Positions 55,580 through 59,271 of a DNA stretch of 59,271 nt are shown here, piece by piece. Origin of the DNA: Candidatus Staskawiczbacteria bacterium (GTDB taxonomy: Bacteria; Patescibacteriota; Minisyncoccia; Minisyncoccales; Staskawiczbacteraceae). Positions within the stretch are counted from its first letter, which is position 1. Every line of letters begins with the position of its first letter. The translations under genes were made by a program, and so were the position numbers. The notes below the pieces were generated by a model. That model was not told the DNA's origin and searched no databases. It saw only the letters and a program-made list of their open reading frames with translations. The stretch covers positions 1 through 59,271 of the forward strand of contig CAIMWV010000030.1 in the NCBI GenBank assembly GCA_903845295.1, given 5' to 3'.

Positions 55580-56605
55580 ATGCGCAAGATTTTTAAGATA
55601 TTTATTTTTATAATAATAATAGTTCTAGCCGTACTGGCGGTTGTTTTTTATTATTTTTTTGTCGGATCCTCGCCGGTCCAAAAAAATATCACCTGGGGCG
55701 TCGATTTTTCCCAGATGCAGGCGCAATCACTGGGATTGAATTGGAAACAAGCTTATTCGGCCATGATTGATGATTTAGGCGCAAAAAACATAAAACTTCA
55801 TACGCAGTGGGATTGGGTCGAAGGCAAAAAGGATAATTATTATTTTAACGATATAGATTGGCAATTGAATCAGGCAAAAGCCAAAGGAGTAAAAATTATA
55901 TATGTTGTGGGAATGAAAAGCGGACGCTGGCCGGAATGCCATATTCCAGCTTGGGTAAACGGCTTGTCAGAGCAGCAACAACAGGACGAGCTGCTACAAT
56001 ATGTAAAAGAAGTTGTTTTAAGATATAAAAATAACGATGCAATTATCAATTGGCAGGTGGAAAACGAGCCGTTATTCCATTTTGGCGCCTGCCCGTCATG
56101 GTATTATCAAAACGATAATTTTTTAAAAACAGAAGTTGCTTTGGTGAAATCGCTGGATCCCTCAAGGCAGATAATTATTTCTGATTCAGGAGAGCAGTCA
56201 AGCTGGTTTAGCGCCGCAAAAATTGCAGACATTGTCGGCATTACCATGTACAGGGAGGTTTGGGCGCACGTGGCAGACGGCTGGGGATTTTATTTAAAAT
56301 CATTTTTGTCTCCGGTGACTTATTGGCGCAAAGCCCTGCTCATCAAAAAAATATTCGGCAAAGATGTGATATGCATAGAATTGCAGGCGGAACCATGGGC
56401 CTCAAAGCCATTTTACGATGTTCCTTTAGATGAGCAGTCAAAGACAATGAATCCAGAAATATTCAAACAAAATGTCGAGTATGCAAAAAAAACCGGATTG
56501 GACAAATTTTACTTCTGGGGAGTAGAATGGTGGTACTGGATGAAGGTTAAGCAGAATCAGCCGGCGATATGGGATGAGGCAAAGATTTTGTTTAATAAAA
56601 ACTAA
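55580..56605 (+). CDS. Membrane-anchored clan GH-A glycoside hydrolase-like protein
   Basis: N-terminal TM; QVENEP (acid/base) and IELQAEPW (nucleophile-like); FWG.EWWY. Confidence 0.65.
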   Translation: MRKIFKIFIFIIIIVLAVLAVVFYYFFVGSSPVQKNITWGVDFSQMQAQSLGLNWKQAYSAMIDDLGAKNIKLHTQWDWVEGKKDNYYFNDIDWQLNQAKAKGVKIIYVVGMKSGRWPECHIPAWVNGLSEQQQQDELLQYVKEVVLRYKNNDAIINWQVENEPLFHFGACPSWYYQNDNFLKTEVALVKSLDPSRQIIISDSGEQSSWFSAAKIADIVGITMYREVWAHVADGWGFYLKSFLSPVTYWRKALLIKKIFGKDVICIELQAEPWASKPFYDVPLDEQSKTMNPEIFKQNVEYAKKTGLDKFYFWGVEWWYWMKVKQNQPAIWDEAKILFNKN

Positions 56606-56621
56606 AAATAAATAAAAAAAT

Positions 56622-56657
56622 ATCCCCACCACAACTGTGCGTAGCTGTGGTGGGGAT
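56622..56657. terminator. Hairpin between convergent genes
   Basis: ATCCCCACCACA-N12-TGTGGTGGGGAT. Confidence 0.7.
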
Positions 56658-56662
56658 TTGGT

Positions 56663-57292
56663 TCACGGAAGCCGGTGAAAAATTCCGGCCTTATCTCTGT
56701 TGTCCTTCAGTCTCATCTTTTTATACCACCACCTGTAGACAGGCGATAATATAATGGCGATAAAGATAAAGACCAACAGAAACCCGAGTAAACACATTTG
56801 ATTCATTGCGCTGGCGATGGCGCTGTGCTCGGCCAGGCCACTTAGCCCCGCCAGCAGTACAGATGCGCCCCATCCCGCAACATAATCAAATGGAAATATC
56901 CCGAACACCCAGTAGCTCTTGGCAAACCACCAGATGTTTTCCCTCTTATAATTCTTGAGGGTATAGTTGGGGTTGAAAACGAACCACATAAAGTCCCAGC
57001 AGACCGTCATGGCAAAGAACTTGGCCAGGGTAGTAAGTTCTGTTGCTCCTGACCACTCCGCACCATCGAGAAACTTGAAGTGGAACATGGATAGAAGTAG
57101 TATGTTGAGGAACAAGTGGTAACCTGTCAGAGGTTTTCCACCCATTATCAAACCCCACAATCTTCCTGCGAATCCCGTGGTTCTGTACCACGTCGGGATT
57201 CTCTCTGCCCAGCCGTATTTGCCCTCAACTTCAATTTCGACAAGGGCAAGAAATAACGAAATTGCGAACAATCCCAAAGCAATCGTAAACAT
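56663..57292 (-). CDS. Hypothetical integral membrane protein (GC-richer solo gene)
   Basis: About 5 TM segments; SD CAGGAGGG; EIEVEG..GWA and WDFMWFV.NP.Y look like conserved blocks. Confidence 0.75.
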   Translation of the reverse strand: MFTIALGLFAISLFLALVEIEVEGKYGWAERIPTWYRTTGFAGRLWGLIMGGKPLTGYHLFLNILLLSMFHFKFLDGAEWSGATELTTLAKFFAMTVCWDFMWFVFNPNYTLKNYKRENIWWFAKSYWVFGIFPFDYVAGWGASVLLAGLSGLAEHSAIASAMNQMCLLGFLLVFIFIAIILSPVYRWWYKKMRLKDNRDKAGIFHRLP

Positions 57293-57330
57293 GGAACCCT
57301 CCTGTTTGTTCTCTTGTTGGTAGGCTCACT

Positions 57331-57388
57331 AAAAAGAGTAGCACAACGCTACTCTTTTAATATAACACATGTTATACATAAATGTCAA
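57331..57388 (-). promoter_or_regulatory. Promoter with an overlapping inverted repeat
   Basis: Minus strand TTGACA (57388-57383) and TG-n-TATATT; IR AAAAGAGTAGC-N5-GCTACTCTTTT at 57332-57358. Confidence 0.55.
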
Positions 57389-57457
57389 GCATAGCTTGAT
57401 TCAAACTCAAATTTTGCTACAATTATAAAATCAAATAAATAACTAAAAAATAAAAAC

Positions 57458-58519
57458 ATGAAAGAGTCAAAAAAATTAAACCAAGATACTGGAACAGAAG
57501 TTTTAGATACAGATCTTCAACCGGAAAGTTTTGCAGATGCAGAATTAAAGGAACCATCAATAGAACCGGGAAAACAACAAGAGCAACAAGAACAGGAAGA
57601 CACAAAAGAAATAGAAAAACTTGAACATGAAATAGGGGATTTTCTAGATAAAGAAAAAACACGCCAACTTGAGCAAGAAGACCCTGGAGTTGTAAAACAA
57701 AGAATTACGGGTTACCAAAGGCGTTATCTTCCAGATTATCTTCAAAAGAAACCCGGTTTATTGTCTAATGCGCTCAAGGGTATATTGAAGATTATAGAAA
57801 GAAACACTGAAACAGAAGGAGCAGAAAATATTCCGGAAGATGAATGTCTCATAATATGTAATCATTTTGGCGGAGGCAATATGGGAATGGGAGATTCTGC
57901 GGCAATTTCGGCCGCTTTTAGGAAAAAAAATGTCCATCTTGGAGTGGGTAAAAATATTTGGTGGGATCAAAATCCCGCCTTAAGATGGCTTTTTAAAAAA
58001 GTGGGGTTAATCCCCGTTGAAGAAAGTTTAGACAATATCTCCGAAGAAGAGAGGGAAGAATCATTAAAACGGCAGAATAAATATGGACAAAAAGTATTTC
58101 GGAAGATAATAGACAAAAAAAAGCAAGGCGGATTATCAAATAAAACCGAATTTGTCAGACAGGCTGTTGCAGTTTTATCTAAAGGAGAAGCCGTTGGTAT
58201 TTATCCAGAGGGTCTTTGGCTAAATCCAGAGGGAAAGACGAGAGAGAAGCAAGAATTAAAACAAGGTTATACGGGAGTAGAATTAATAGCCAGTCAATAT
58301 AAAAAATTAACAGGGCGGGAATTAAAAATTGTACCGACAGTTTTTATAGAAGACAGGAAAACTGGAAAGAAAAAATTTGTTATAGGAAAAAATTTTGTTT
58401 CTAGTGAAAATAACAGTGGAATGAGCCTCACTGATTATGGTATGTCTAAAATAGCTGGAATGCTGCCGAAAGAGCAAAGAGGGTATTATAAAGATAAGGT
58501 TGCAGCCATAGAAAAATAA
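57458..58519 (+). CDS. PlsC-like acyltransferase with acidic N-terminal extension
   Basis: IICNH, GLIPV, GIYPEG, IVPT blocks. Confidence 0.7.
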   Translation: MKESKKLNQDTGTEVLDTDLQPESFADAELKEPSIEPGKQQEQQEQEDTKEIEKLEHEIGDFLDKEKTRQLEQEDPGVVKQRITGYQRRYLPDYLQKKPGLLSNALKGILKIIERNTETEGAENIPEDECLIICNHFGGGNMGMGDSAAISAAFRKKNVHLGVGKNIWWDQNPALRWLFKKVGLIPVEESLDNISEEEREESLKRQNKYGQKVFRKIIDKKKQGGLSNKTEFVRQAVAVLSKGEAVGIYPEGLWLNPEGKTREKQELKQGYTGVELIASQYKKLTGRELKIVPTVFIEDRKTGKKKFVIGKNFVSSENNSGMSLTDYGMSKIAGMLPKEQRGYYKDKVAAIEK

Positions 58520-58521
58520 TT

Positions 58522-59241
58522 ATGCTGTCCATTATTATTCCAACCTTAAACGAGGAAAAATATCTGCCCCTGCTTTTAGATTCCATAAAAAAACAGGATT
58601 TCAAGGATTATGAAATTATTGTAGCTGACGCCGGTTCAGAAGATAAGACTGTTGAAATAGCAAAGCGGGACGGATGCATGGTAATAAAAGGAGGTATGCC
58701 GGCAAAAGGCAGAAATGAAGGGGTAAAAGTTGCTAAAGGCGAATTGTTGCTTTTTTTGGATGCAGATATTATTTTACCGAAAGGATTTTTAGAAAAGGTC
58801 ATAAGTGAAGTCAAAGAAAAAAACATAAGCATAGGAACATTCCCCATTCTTCTCCATCCGGCCAAAAAATTTGATAAATTAATTTCAAAATTTTATAATA
58901 TTGTCACTGATTTGACAAAAAGTTTTTTAGCCCATGCTGCGGGCGGAGCGTTTCTGGCGACAAAAAAAATCCATGAGAAGATCCACGGCTTTGATGAAAG
59001 CATATTACTTGCAGAAGATTATGACTATGCCAGGAGAGCCCAAAAATTCGCCAAATTTGAATTTTTGAAGACGTCGCCTGTTTTGTATTCCAACAGGAGG
59101 TTTAAGAAAGAAGGCTATATAAAAAGCTGCATAAAATATGTACTAATAGAGCTGTATATTATTTTTTTCGGCCCGATCAGATCCGATATTTTCAACTATA
59201 AATTCAGCCACTACGGAGAGAAAGGCGGCACCAATAAATAA
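58522..59241 (+). CDS. Family 2 glycosyltransferase
   Basis: SIIIPTLNEE, IIVADAGSED.T, RN.G, LFLDAD, EDYDY. Confidence 0.92.
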   Translation: MLSIIIPTLNEEKYLPLLLDSIKKQDFKDYEIIVADAGSEDKTVEIAKRDGCMVIKGGMPAKGRNEGVKVAKGELLLFLDADIILPKGFLEKVISEVKEKNISIGTFPILLHPAKKFDKLISKFYNIVTDLTKSFLAHAAGGAFLATKKIHEKIHGFDESILLAEDYDYARRAQKFAKFEFLKTSPVLYSNRRFKKEGYIKSCIKYVLIELYIIFFGPIRSDIFNYKFSHYGEKGGTNK

Positions 59242-59271
59242 TTTCCAGACGTATTATTCATAACAAAGTTA

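Noticed and set aside
2287-58865. Numerous antisense and nested ORFs in the six-frame track
   Set aside because: They overlap well-supported genes, are shadows of AT-rich codon usage and show no recognisable motifs.

Overview
AT-rich, densely packed core chromosome segment of a bacterium that is most likely Patescibacteria/CPR (Parcubacteria-like). This is inferred from the gene repertoire, overlapping SD-less genes, CPR-type bS21, short Mfd and archaeal-type PyrH; TGA is used as stop. It carries translation genes (infC partial, smpB, tmRNA, argS, ileS, glyQS, metG, leuS, hisS, tsaC, pth, rpsU, ybeY, tRNA-Leu), DNA/competence genes (recO, topA, dprA, comEC, mfd-like, nrdD/nrdG), ftsA plus an atypical ftsZ, iorAB, glyA and envelope genes. 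About eight GC-richer solo genes or mini-operons with strong SD sequences, most with their own promoter and/or terminator, are interspersed (including purN, purD, a fabZ-like gene and a beta-carbonic anhydrase). No CRISPR array, transposase, integrase or prophage was seen. Best leads: (1) the tmRNA 3' end abuts the infC AUG, so processing could create a near-leaderless IF3 mRNA; (2) a promoter-driven 185-nt rod-shaped RNA upstream of purD (6S-like candidate); (3) small palindromic elements inserted in frame inside housekeeping genes, plus larger intergenic inverted-repeat modules; (4) a mostly synonymously diverged duplicate of the dprA 3' end; (5) an FtsZ lacking its catalytic T7 Asp and C-terminal tail; (6) a RelA-like long RSH with a degenerate hydrolase. 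All calls are by eye from sequence and motif recall; no searches were run.
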